A stretch of DNA of 64,000 bases from a bacterium (GTDB taxonomy: Bacteria; Patescibacteriota; Minisyncoccia; Minisyncoccales; CG1-02-41-26): NCBI GenBank assembly GCA_030619905.1, contig JAUXAO010000003.1, positions 54,119-118,118 of the forward strand, written 5' to 3'. Below the pieces are notes generated by a model that saw nothing but the letters and a program-made list of their open reading frames with translations, made no database searches and was not told the DNA's origin. The translations under genes were made by a program, and so were the position numbers. This document shows positions 39,451 through 48,761 of the stretch, one piece after another; the first letter of the stretch is position 1, and every line of letters begins with the position of its first letter.

Positions 39451-39867
39451 ATGAAAATCATTATTAAAGGAACAAAGATAAAACTAACTCAGAATTTAAA
39501 AGATTTTATTGAAGAAAAAATTAGAGACCTTGAAAAGTTTTTTAAATTTAAAGTAAAAGAAGATTTTGAAGTTAAAGCATTTATGGAAATAGGCAAGTTA
39601 TCAAAACACCATAGGAAAGGGGATATATTTTATGCTGAATGTCAGATTCTCTTGCCAGGAAAAGGAGTGAGGTCGGTGGCGGAGAAAGAGGATTTAAAAT
39701 TAGCAATTTGCGAGGTAAAAGATGAACTTCAGAAACAGTTGAAAAAATACAAGAAGGCTCAAATGCAAAAAGTCGCTAGAGGCAAGAGAAGAATTAAAAA
39801 AGACCTTAAACTTTCAAAAGGAGCAAGATTTTATCGAAAAGGGAGAATATTAGAAGAAGGAATATGA
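39451..39867 (+). CDS. hpf: Ribosome hibernation promoting factor / RaiA family (S30AE)
   Basis: MKIIIKGTKIKLTQNLKDFIEEKIRDLEKFF...AECQILLPGKGVRSVAEKEDLKLAICEVKDELQKQLKK. Start moved to the ATG at 39451, because the ORF-track TTG at 39415 is the -35 box. Confidence 0.85.
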   Translation: MKIIIKGTKIKLTQNLKDFIEEKIRDLEKFFKFKVKEDFEVKAFMEIGKLSKHHRKGDIFYAECQILLPGKGVRSVAEKEDLKLAICEVKDELQKQLKKYKKAQMQKVARGKRRIKKDLKLSKGARFYRKGRILEEGI

Positions 39868-42344
39868 CTTTTTTATCTAAATTTTTTGGCGATCCAAACG
39901 AGCGCTATTTGAGAAAACTTCAGCCAATAATTCTTAAGATAAATGACCTCGAATCACAATTCGAGGATTTTTCAAATGAAAAACTTAAAGAAAAAACAAA
40001 TGAATTTAAAGAAAGATTGAGAAAAAATGAAACATTAGACGATGTTCTACCTGAGGCTTTTGCTTTGGTTCGAGAATCATCCAAGAGAACTTTGCACCAG
40101 CGTCATTTTGATGTTCAATTAATCGGTGGGATAGTTCTACACCAGGGTGAAATTGCTGAAATGGTGACTGGTGAAGGAAAAACTTTAGCCGCAACCCTGC
40201 CTGCCTATTTAAATGCTTTAGAGGAAAAAGGGGTCCATATTATTACAGTCAATGATTATTTAGCCAGGAGAGACACGATTTGGATGGGACAAATATATCG
40301 TCTCTTAGAAATCTCTGTTGGTTGTATAGTCCATGATAATGCTTATCTATATGATCCAGCCTATCAGATTAAGGAAACCCAAGTCTCAGACGATAAAAGA
40401 GATGAAGAAAGAGATTTAATTGGAGGTTTTAAGATTATCGAAAGTTATCTCAGGCCTGTATCCAGGAAAGAGGCATATTCAGCTGATATTACCTATGGGA
40501 CCAATAATGAATTCGGTTTTGATTATCTGAGGAATAATATGGCTCCTTCTCCTGAAAAGCAAGTGCAGAGAGATTTTAATTACGCCATCATTGATGAAGT
40601 TGATTCGATTTTAATTGATGAAGCCCGAACACCTTTGATTATTTCCCAGCCAGATGTAGAAAGCTCCAAATGGTATAGAGAATTTGCCGGAATTATTCCC
40701 CGTCTGAAAGAAAACATTGACTATAATATTGATGAAAAAATAAAAGCAGCTACATTAACTGAACAAGGGATAGGAAAAATTGAAAAAATATTAGGGCTTT
40801 CTAATATTTATGCTGAAAAGGGAATAAAATATCTGCATTATTTGGAACAAGCATTAAGGGCTCGGGTTTTTTTCCAGAAAGACAGAAATTATATCATTAA
40901 AGGCGGTAAAATTATTATTGTTGATGAATTTACTGGGAGATTAATGCCGGGCAGGAGATATTCAGGAGGACTACATCAGGCTATTGAGGCAAAAGAGGGA
41001 GTGGAAGTTCAGCCAGAGTCAAAAACTTTAGCCGCTATTACTTTTCAAAATTATTTTCGAATGTATAAGAAACTGGCCGGGATGACCGGAACAGCGGTTA
41101 CTTCGGCTGAGGAATTTGATAAAGTTTATCGGTTAGAAGTTATTGTTGTTCCCACTAACAAACCGATGCGAAGAAATAACTTACCAGATTGTGTTTACAA
41201 AACAGAAAAAGGAAAATTCAAAGCAATGGTTGAGGAAATCAAACAAAGACATCAAAAAGGCCAGCCCATTTTAGTGGGGACAACCTCAATTGAGAAAAAT
41301 GAATACTTGGGAAAACTTTTAGACAGAGAAGGAATCCCTTGCCAGATTTTAAATGCCAAACATCACGAAAAAGAGGGTCAGGTTATAGCTCAAGCTGGAA
41401 AATTAGGAACGGTTACAGTTGCTACTAATATGGCTGGTAGAGGAGTAGATATAGTTTTAGGAGGTAATCCAATGGATCCTGAAGAAGCAAAGAAGGTTAA
41501 AGAATTAGGTGGTTTGCATGTTATTGGCACAGAACGCCATGAAGCAAGGAGAATTGATAACCAATTAAGAGGAAGAGCGGGAAGACAAGGGGATTCTGGC
41601 TCCTCTCAATTTTTTGTTTCTTTGGAAGATGATTTAATGCGGGTTTTTGGCGGCGATAGAATGAAATCGCTAATGGAAATGTTAAAAATTCCTGAAGATC
41701 AACCGATTGAAGCAAAGGTTTTATCCAACAGTATAGAAAAAGCTCAAAGTAAGATCGAAGGAATGAATTTTGATTTAAGAAAACATATTCTAGAATATGA
41801 CGATGTAATCTCAAAACACAGGAACAAAATTTATTCCCAGCGAAAAGAAGTTTTAGAAAAGAATTATGAAGAGCTTCTGGATTTTATCCAAGAAATCATT
41901 AAAAAAGAAATTGAAAAAATAATTGCCTTTTATGCCAAAGAAGAGGGTCTTAATTTTGAAGAGATTCTTAATGAGGTCAAAACTATTTTTCCAGTTCCTG
42001 ACCAAATTCATTCTGAGATAGAAAAGATTTCTGACCAGACAGAACTGGTAAATTATTTGTTTGGTTTAAGTAAAATTATTTTTAAGAAAAAAGAAGAAAA
42101 AGAAGGTAAGGAAAATATGGAGAAAATTTTGAGATTTGCTTACTTGCGGGCAATTGATATTTTTTGGTCGGAACATTTAGATACCATGGATCATTTGAAA
42201 GATTCAGTGAGCTTGCGAGCTTACGGCGGCCGGGATTCTTTAGTTGAATACAAAACAGAAGGCCATAAGATTTTTCAGCAGGTCCAATCCGCTCTTAATT
42301 CTCAAGTTAGCCGAACCGTTTTCAAACTCTCCACTAAAACCTAA
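39864..42344 (+). CDS. secA: Preprotein translocase ATPase SecA
   Basis: MVTGEGKTLAATLPAYLNAL, IIDEVDSILIDEARTPLIIS, TNMAGRGVDIVLGGN, GTERHEARRIDNQLRGRAGRQGD. Confidence 0.97.
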   Translation: MTFLSKFFGDPNERYLRKLQPIILKINDLESQFEDFSNEKLKEKTNEFKERLRKNETLDDVLPEAFALVRESSKRTLHQRHFDVQLIGGIVLHQGEIAEMVTGEGKTLAATLPAYLNALEEKGVHIITVNDYLARRDTIWMGQIYRLLEISVGCIVHDNAYLYDPAYQIKETQVSDDKRDEERDLIGGFKIIESYLRPVSRKEAYSADITYGTNNEFGFDYLRNNMAPSPEKQVQRDFNYAIIDEVDSILIDEARTPLIISQPDVESSKWYREFAGIIPRLKENIDYNIDEKIKAATLTEQGIGKIEKILGLSNIYAEKGIKYLHYLEQALRARVFFQKDRNYIIKGGKIIIVDEFTGRLMPGRRYSGGLHQAIEAKEGVEVQPESKTLAAITFQNYFRMYKKLAGMTGTAVTSAEEFDKVYRLEVIVVPTNKPMRRNNLPDCVYKTEKGKFKAMVEEIKQRHQKGQPILVGTTSIEKNEYLGKLLDREGIPCQILNAKHHEKEGQVIAQAGKLGTVTVATNMAGRGVDIVLGGNPMDPEEAKKVKELGGLHVIGTERHEARRIDNQLRGRAGRQGDSGSSQFFVSLEDDLMRVFGGDRMKSLMEMLKIPEDQPIEAKVLSNSIEKAQSKIEGMNFDLRKHILEYDDVISKHRNKIYSQRKEVLEKNYEELLDFIQEIIKKEIEKIIAFYAKEEGLNFEEILNEVKTIFPVPDQIHSEIEKISDQTELVNYLFGLSKIIFKKKEEKEGKENMEKILRFAYLRAIDIFWSEHLDTMDHLKDSVSLRAYGGRDSLVEYKTEGHKIFQQVQSALNSQVSRTVFKLSTKT

Positions 42345-42409
42345 ATCTCTGAACTTGAAAAAATTGGAGATCTATTGTATGGTTAGAAAACGTGAAAAAT
42401 TAAAGAAAT

Positions 42410-43783
42410 ATGGCGAGAAAACAAACAGGTACCAATTTAATAGTGATTCTTATCCTGGCTTTCTTAGGTCTAAATTTTGTTTATCCAAAATATCTTAATC
42501 AAGGAATAGACTATTTCAATAATTTCGAGTTTTCTGTCTTGAATTATCAACTAAATTTACCTCATTTTCCTGAGGTTTCTTTTAAATTAGGATTAGATTT
42601 ACAGGGTGGAAGCCATTTGGTTTATGAGGCAGATTTATCAAAAATTGAACAGGAGGAAGAAAGTGAGGCCATGCAGGGTTTAAGAGATGTTATTGAGAGA
42701 AGGGTTAATCTTTTCGGGGTGGGAGAACCAATGGTCAGAATCCAAGAACAGGTTGGACACAAACGGCTTGTTGTGGAACTGCCAGGAGTTAAAAATACTG
42801 AAGAAGCTATTAATGCCATAGGGAAAACTCCATATCTTGAATTCAAAGAGGAGAGATCAGAACAAGAAATAAATGAAATTTTAGCTAGGTATGAAGAAAG
42901 TGGGGACGATATTCCTGAAGATACTTATTTTAAATCAACCAAATTAACAGGTAAGTATTTAAAAAAAGCTGAGATTGGATTCAACCAAACAACATTTGAA
43001 CCAGAAGTCCTCTTAGAATTTAATGAACAAGGGAAAGATATTTTTAAAGAACTTACTTCTCTTAATGTGGGCAAGCGTCTGGCCATCTATATTGATGAAA
43101 GTTTGATATCAGCTCCAATGGTCAAAGAAGCCATTCCTGACGGTAAAGCCCGAATTACGGGAAGATTTACCATTGATGAAGCAAAACTCTTAGTTCGCAA
43201 TTTAAACGCAGGAGCCTTGCCTGTTCCCATAACATTAATTTCCCAAAAAACAGTTGGACCTGTTTTAGGGAAAATTTCTTTGGAAAAGTCATTGAAAGCC
43301 GGAATGATCGGATTTTTAATGGTGATTATGTTTATGATAGGATTTTATCGGGGACCAGGTATTCTTGCTTCTTTGGCTTTAATGATTTATGCCGGGATTG
43401 TCTTAAGTTTGTTTAAGCTTATTCCAGTTACCTTAACTTTAGCTGGAATCGGAGGAGTTATTTTATCAGTGGGAATGGCCGTTGATGCCAATGTCTTGAT
43501 TTTTGAAAGAATGAAAGAAGAAAGAAAAGCTGGAAAAAGTTTTCAAAGAATGATTGAAATAGGTTTTTCCCGGGCCTGGCCTTCAATCAGAGACAGCAAC
43601 CTAACCACTTTAATAGTGGCCCTGATAATGTTTTTCTTTGGCACCAGTTTTATCAAGGGTTTTGCTTTGACTTTAAGTTTGGGAATCTTGGTCAGCATGT
43701 TTTCAGCAATATTTATTACTAGAACATTTTTAAGGAGTTTTATTGGAACAAGATTAGAAAAAGTAAAGTTTTTATGGAATTAA
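42410..43783 (+). CDS. secD: Protein translocase subunit SecD
   Basis: LGLDLQGGSHLVYEAD, VRNLNAGALPVPI, and a C-terminal 6-TM block with GMAVDANVLIFERMKEE. Confidence 0.92.
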   Translation: MARKQTGTNLIVILILAFLGLNFVYPKYLNQGIDYFNNFEFSVLNYQLNLPHFPEVSFKLGLDLQGGSHLVYEADLSKIEQEEESEAMQGLRDVIERRVNLFGVGEPMVRIQEQVGHKRLVVELPGVKNTEEAINAIGKTPYLEFKEERSEQEINEILARYEESGDDIPEDTYFKSTKLTGKYLKKAEIGFNQTTFEPEVLLEFNEQGKDIFKELTSLNVGKRLAIYIDESLISAPMVKEAIPDGKARITGRFTIDEAKLLVRNLNAGALPVPITLISQKTVGPVLGKISLEKSLKAGMIGFLMVIMFMIGFYRGPGILASLALMIYAGIVLSLFKLIPVTLTLAGIGGVILSVGMAVDANVLIFERMKEERKAGKSFQRMIEIGFSRAWPSIRDSNLTTLIVALIMFFFGTSFIKGFALTLSLGILVSMFSAIFITRTFLRSFIGTRLEKVKFLWN

Positions 43784-43787
43784 AAAC

Positions 43788-44693
43788 ATGAATATTCCTT
43801 TTATAAAATATCGCAAAGTTTTTTATACTATTTCAATAGTTTTGATTGGCTTATCCTTGGCCAGTATTCTTATGTTTGGATTGAAATTAGGCATTGATTT
43901 TACCGGTGGCAGTGTGCTTGAGGTTGAATACGAAGAAAAAAGGCCGTCAATTCAATCAATCCAAGAAAAACTTCTGGAGCTTGATTCAGAAGAAGTTATA
44001 GCTCAGCCAGTTGGTGAAAAAGGAGTGATTTTAAAGACAAAAAGTACTTCGGAAAATGCTTACTCCGAAATTGTGAAAAAGTTAGAGGAATTTGGAAAGC
44101 TTAAGGAGGGGTCATCTCAATTTGAAACAATAGGTCCGGTTATTGGAAAGGAGCTTAAAGACAAAACAAAGATTGTTGTTGTTTTATCTTTAATGGCTAT
44201 TGTTTTTTATATTGCTTTTGCCTTTAGGAGAATTTCCAGACCAATTAATTCTTTTGCTTACGGATTTGTAAGCTTAATTGCCCTTTCTCACGATGTCTTA
44301 ATTCCTCTCGGTGTTTTCTCAGTTTTGGGAGAGCTTTATGAAATTCAAATTACTATTCCTGTTATTACTGCTCTTTTAGCTGTTTTGGGTTATTCTATCA
44401 ATAATTCTGTGGTAGTTTTTGATCGAGCTAGAGAAAATCTTTTAAAACTCAGAGAACCGTCCTTTGATTTGGTAATAAATAAAAGCCTTAACGAAACCCT
44501 GACCCGTTCTATAAATACTTCATTAACGACTCTCTTTGTTCTTTTTGCTATTTTCTTTTTGGGAGGTGAAACCTTAAAATACTTTGCTTTGGCTTTAATA
44601 TTGGGAATCAGTTGCGGAACCTATTCTTCTATATTCTTAGTTACTCCTTTGTTAGTCAGTTATTTGAGATGGAGGGAAAGATCCTTGCATTAG
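43788..44693 (+). CDS. secF: Protein translocase subunit SecF
   Basis: GIDFTGGSVLEV, SHDVLIPLGVFS, GYSINNSVVVFDRAREN. Confidence 0.92.
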   Translation: MNIPFIKYRKVFYTISIVLIGLSLASILMFGLKLGIDFTGGSVLEVEYEEKRPSIQSIQEKLLELDSEEVIAQPVGEKGVILKTKSTSENAYSEIVKKLEEFGKLKEGSSQFETIGPVIGKELKDKTKIVVVLSLMAIVFYIAFAFRRISRPINSFAYGFVSLIALSHDVLIPLGVFSVLGELYEIQITIPVITALLAVLGYSINNSVVVFDRARENLLKLREPSFDLVINKSLNETLTRSINTSLTTLFVLFAIFFLGGETLKYFALALILGISCGTYSSIFLVTPLLVSYLRWRERSLH

Positions 44694-44748
44694 TATGATT
44701 TTTGTTGTATAGTAATTCAATTGGCAACAATTTAACTAAAAAAACAAT

Positions 44749-45735
44749 ATGTTACAATTCAATTATTCAAAAATTTGTCAGGATATTTTTAATCCTTTAG
44801 CTCCCCGGCAGAAAGAGGTTTTAGAAAGAAGATTTGGCCTTTCCACTGGCCAGAGAGAAACTTTGGATTCAATTGGTCAAAACCTTGGACTTACCAGGGA
44901 AAGAATCCGCCAAATTGAAAATGAAGCTTTCTCCAAGCTGGAAAAAGAAAAAGACAAAAAAGAATTGGAAAGGATTTTCATTCATTTTAAAAAATATTTC
45001 GAAAGATCTGGAGGATTTAGAAAAGAGGATATACTTTTGGAGGATTTAGGAGGTGAAGATTTTAACAGGCATGTTTATTTTTTACTTACTTTAGCTGATG
45101 ATTTTTGGAGAATTTCAGAAACTGATAAATTTTATACTTTTTGGACAATTGAAAAAGATTCTCAGGAAAAAGTTGAAACTCTTTTAGACTCTCTCTTTGA
45201 AAAATTTTACAAAGCTAACAAGCTTTTTTCAGAAGAAGAACTCTTTAGCAAACAAGAGAAAAAACCACAAAGTCTCCATACTTTGCTTGAAATTGCCAAA
45301 AAAATTGAACAAGGTCAACAGGGACAGTTTGGTCTAACTGACTGGCCGGAAATTAAACCAAGGGGAATAAAAGACAAGGCCTATCTTGTTTTTAAAGAAG
45401 AAGAAAAACCTTTGCACTTTACCAGGGTTGCTATTTTCATTGGAAAAGAAACCCATCCCCAGACAGTTCACAATGAGTTAATTCGGGATCCAAGATTTGT
45501 TTTGGTAGGCAGGGGAATTTATGCTTTAAAAGAATGGGGTTATGAAGCAGGAACTGTTCAAGATATTATTTTCAAAATTCTAAAAGAAGTGAAAAAACCA
45601 ATGCAAAAAGAAAAGCTTTTGAGAGAGGTTCAAAAGCAAAGGTTGGTCAAGGAAAATACAATTTTATTAAACCTTGCTAATGGGAAATATTTTTCAAGAG
45701 ATGAAAAAGGGAGATATATCTTGAAGAATCTCTAA
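44749..45735 (+). CDS. Sigma-70 region-4-like HTH protein with C-terminal HARE-HTH-like domain
   Basis: LAPRQKEVLERRFGLSTGQRETLDSIGQNLGLTRERIRQIENEAFSKL (region 4). C-terminal LHFTRVAIFI...VLVGRGIYALKEWGY. Confidence 0.6.
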   Translation: MLQFNYSKICQDIFNPLAPRQKEVLERRFGLSTGQRETLDSIGQNLGLTRERIRQIENEAFSKLEKEKDKKELERIFIHFKKYFERSGGFRKEDILLEDLGGEDFNRHVYFLLTLADDFWRISETDKFYTFWTIEKDSQEKVETLLDSLFEKFYKANKLFSEEELFSKQEKKPQSLHTLLEIAKKIEQGQQGQFGLTDWPEIKPRGIKDKAYLVFKEEEKPLHFTRVAIFIGKETHPQTVHNELIRDPRFVLVGRGIYALKEWGYEAGTVQDIIFKILKEVKKPMQKEKLLREVQKQRLVKENTILLNLANGKYFSRDEKGRYILKNL

Positions 45736-45750
45736 TTTAATCCTTATTTA

Positions 45751-47055
45751 ATGATTAATTTTTCGGATTTTTTAGACTTAGAATTAATAATTCCAATTTT
45801 AAATCCTTTTTGGGCTATCCTAAGAACTTGGTGGTGGGTATTTCCACCTTTTATTCTTTTTCCTTATCTTAAATTCCTTTATAAATGGTATATTGGGTCA
45901 AGATGGGATGCTACGATTAAAAAGATAATCCTTGAGGTTAAAATTCCCCAAGAAGTTCCTCGGCTTGTGCAGTCCATGGAATATGTTTTTGCTGGTTTCC
46001 ATGGCATGCATGATGTTTTCACCTGGAAACAAAAATGGATTGAAGGGCAATTTCAGCTACCGTTAAGTCTTGAGATTGTCAGCATTGGAGGAGAAATTCA
46101 TTTCTATATAAGAATACCTGAGGATTATCGAGATCTCATTGAGACAAACATCTATTCTCAATTTCCCGAGGCTGAAATTTCTCAGGTTGAGGACTATACC
46201 AAAAATGTTCCTCAGGATATTCCTAATAAAGAATGGAATCTTTTTGCTTGGGACATGATATTGAGCAACAAAAGTCCCTATCCTATTAGAACCTACAAAG
46301 ATTTTGGAGAAGCTCCTTCTACTCCGGAAGAAAAAAGAATTACCCCTCTGGCCGGTCTCCTTGAAGGAATGGCTGTCTTAAAACCAGGGGAGCAGATGTG
46401 GATTCAGATCTCAATTAGTCCGGTCAGGGAAGAAATTCCTTGGGCAAAAGACGGGAGAAAGATTGTGGCCGAAATTATCAAAAGACCTTTGCCCGTTAAA
46501 CCAAAATCAATAGTTGGGGAAGCAGCCGATGTTTTAATTACTGGAAAACCTCCTGGTGTGAAGGAAAAGCCAAAAGAAGAGATAATCCCTCCAGAAATGA
46601 AATTGACTCCTGGAGAGCGAGATATTGTTAAGGCGATTGAGGATAAAATTTCAAAAGTTGGCTATTACTCAAATATCCGCTGTATTTATCTTGGCAAAAG
46701 AGATGTTTTTTTTAAACCAAAAGCTCGCATTATTTTTGGTTTTTTCAAAGAAGTTTCTACTGAAAACGTTAATGGTTTAAAGCCCTGGATAAAGACATTT
46801 CCCAGAGTTGAATGGATATTTCCCCAAATGAGGACTTACTTAAGACTGACGAGGTTGTTCCGAAAATATATAAAGAGACTCCCTCCCTTATATCCCGTAG
46901 AACCTGCCTATCCCAAGGAGAACGGAAGATATGTTTTAAACATTGAAGAGTTAGCTACTCTCTATCATTTCCCGGGCAGAATGGCGGCTCCCGCTCCGGG
47001 AATTTCTCGAATTGGAGCCAAAAAAGGAGAACCACCAGCTATTCCTATGGAATAA
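45751..47055 (+). CDS. Membrane-anchored protein of unknown function, partner of the downstream VirD4/TraG-like ATPase
   Basis: 434 aa. N-terminal Trp-rich TM hairpin (FWAILRTWWWVFPPFILFPYLKFLY), then a soluble domain (LSLEIVSIGGEIHFYIRIPEDYRDLIETNIYSQFPEAEI). No catalytic motif recognised. Confidence 0.5.
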   Translation: MINFSDFLDLELIIPILNPFWAILRTWWWVFPPFILFPYLKFLYKWYIGSRWDATIKKIILEVKIPQEVPRLVQSMEYVFAGFHGMHDVFTWKQKWIEGQFQLPLSLEIVSIGGEIHFYIRIPEDYRDLIETNIYSQFPEAEISQVEDYTKNVPQDIPNKEWNLFAWDMILSNKSPYPIRTYKDFGEAPSTPEEKRITPLAGLLEGMAVLKPGEQMWIQISISPVREEIPWAKDGRKIVAEIIKRPLPVKPKSIVGEAADVLITGKPPGVKEKPKEEIIPPEMKLTPGERDIVKAIEDKISKVGYYSNIRCIYLGKRDVFFKPKARIIFGFFKEVSTENVNGLKPWIKTFPRVEWIFPQMRTYLRLTRLFRKYIKRLPPLYPVEPAYPKENGRYVLNIEELATLYHFPGRMAAPAPGISRIGAKKGEPPAIPME

Positions 47056-47123
47056 ATATAATACAAATCTACGTTAGATTCGCGGTTTCGTAAATTAGCA
47101 TAAGATTTTCATTATTCGTATTT

Positions 47124-48755
47124 ATGCCTGAAGTAAATTTTTTTGCTGAAACAACTTTTCGTAATCAAAGAAAGAAATTTGGCATTAAACTCGATGATCG
47201 TCGTCGGCATTTTTATGTTGTTGGAAAAACAGGAATGGGCAAAACAGAGCTTCTGAAAAACATGGCCATTCAAGATATTAGAGAAGGCAAAGGAGTTGGC
47301 TTTGTTGATCCCCACGGCGAAACAGCCGAAGAGCTTTTGGATTTTATTCCCAAAGAAAGAATTTCAGATGTTGTCTATTTCAACCCGGCCGACTTGAATT
47401 TTCCCATTGCCTTCAATGTAATGGAAAAAGTTGATCCTGAACATCGCCATTTAGTGGCTTCTGGCTTGATGGGGGTTTTCAAAAAAATCTGGCCCGATGT
47501 TTGGTCGGCAAGAATGGAGTACATTTTGTATAATTCACTTCTGGCCCTGCTTGAATATCCTGGTTCAACCATCTTGGGAGTTAACCGAATATTGGCTGAC
47601 TCTGATTATAGAAAAGATGTAGTTGAGAAAATAAAAGACCCGGTGGTTAAATCATTCTGGATTAATGAGTTTGCCAGATACACCCAACGTTATGAAGTTG
47701 AGGCAACTGCTGCCATTCAGAACAAAATTGGCCAATTTATTTCCGCTCCTTTAATTAGAAATATCGTTGGCCAGATAGAAACTTCCTTCAATATCAGAGA
47801 AGTAATGGATAATGAAAAAATACTAATTTTAAATTTATCAAAAGGCAAAATTGGGGAGGATGCTTCAAAGCTTTTGGGAGGACTTTTGATAACCAAGCTG
47901 CAGCTGGCGGCAATGGGCAGGGTGGATATTCCGGAAAAAAAGAGAAAAGATTTCTTTTTATATGTTGATGAATTCCAAAATTTTGCTACTGAAAGTTTTG
48001 TCAATATTTTGTCTGAAGCTAGAAAATATAGATTGAGTTTAATTTTGGCTCATCAATACATAGCTCAGATGGAAGAGACGGTTAGAGATGCTGTTTTTGG
48101 CAACATGGGAACTTTGGTTACTTTCCGGATCGGAGCCGAGGATGCTGAATATATAGAAAAAGAACTCTCTCCAGAATTTACTGCCCAAGACTTTGTTAAT
48201 CTGCCAAAATATCAGATTTATTTAAAATTAATGGTTGATGGGGTAGCGGGTCGTCCTTTTTCAGCTGAGACTTTAACTCCATTTGAAAAACCAAAGACAT
48301 CCGAGAAGGAAAAAATTATAGAGATGTCTCGGGATAAATACAGTACTTCGAGAGCGTTCGTTGAAGAACAAATTGCCAAATGGACCGGGGATTATATTAT
48401 ACAAAAAACTTCTGCTCCTCAGCTAATCCTTTATGATGCTAAATGCCAGAAATGTGGCAAAGAAATAAAGGTCCCGTTTAAGCCAGATGGAGTTCGTCCG
48501 GTTTATTGTAAATCCTGCTTGAAAAAAGATGAATCTTCCGAACCTCGGCCTGAAGAAAAAATTGAAGAGAAAGAAGGAATCAAAACTGTTTCCCTGGAAG
48601 ATCTTATTCCTAATAAAATTAAAAAACAGAAAAAACCTGTTTCAAAAGTTGATCTGAAGAAAGCCTTAGAAGAAGCATTGAAGGATAAAAAAGATAACTC
48701 CACAAAAAAGTCAAAAAAAGGTATAATAAAACCAGGAGAAATAATAAAGTTTTAA
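47124..48755 (+). CDS. VirD4/TraG/TraD-like (type IV coupling protein / HerA-FtsK superfamily) P-loop ATPase with C-terminal zinc ribbon and Lys/Glu-rich tail
   Basis: Walker A VVGKTGMGKTE. Walker B-like FFLYVDEFQNFATESF. ARKYRLSLILAHQYIAQM. Zn ribbon CQKCGKEIKVPFKPDGVRPVYCKSC at nt 48444-48518. No TM helices of its own. Confidence 0.7.
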   Translation: MPEVNFFAETTFRNQRKKFGIKLDDRRRHFYVVGKTGMGKTELLKNMAIQDIREGKGVGFVDPHGETAEELLDFIPKERISDVVYFNPADLNFPIAFNVMEKVDPEHRHLVASGLMGVFKKIWPDVWSARMEYILYNSLLALLEYPGSTILGVNRILADSDYRKDVVEKIKDPVVKSFWINEFARYTQRYEVEATAAIQNKIGQFISAPLIRNIVGQIETSFNIREVMDNEKILILNLSKGKIGEDASKLLGGLLITKLQLAAMGRVDIPEKKRKDFFLYVDEFQNFATESFVNILSEARKYRLSLILAHQYIAQMEETVRDAVFGNMGTLVTFRIGAEDAEYIEKELSPEFTAQDFVNLPKYQIYLKLMVDGVAGRPFSAETLTPFEKPKTSEKEKIIEMSRDKYSTSRAFVEEQIAKWTGDYIIQKTSAPQLILYDAKCQKCGKEIKVPFKPDGVRPVYCKSCLKKDESSEPRPEEKIEEKEGIKTVSLEDLIPNKIKKQKKPVSKVDLKKALEEALKDKKDNSTKKSKKGIIKPGEIIKF

Positions 48756-48761
48756 AAAAAT

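Noticed and set aside
42244-42498. 84-aa ORF spanning the secA end and the secD start
   Set aside because: It overlaps two strongly supported genes in another frame, and its sequence is low-complexity. It is treated as spurious.
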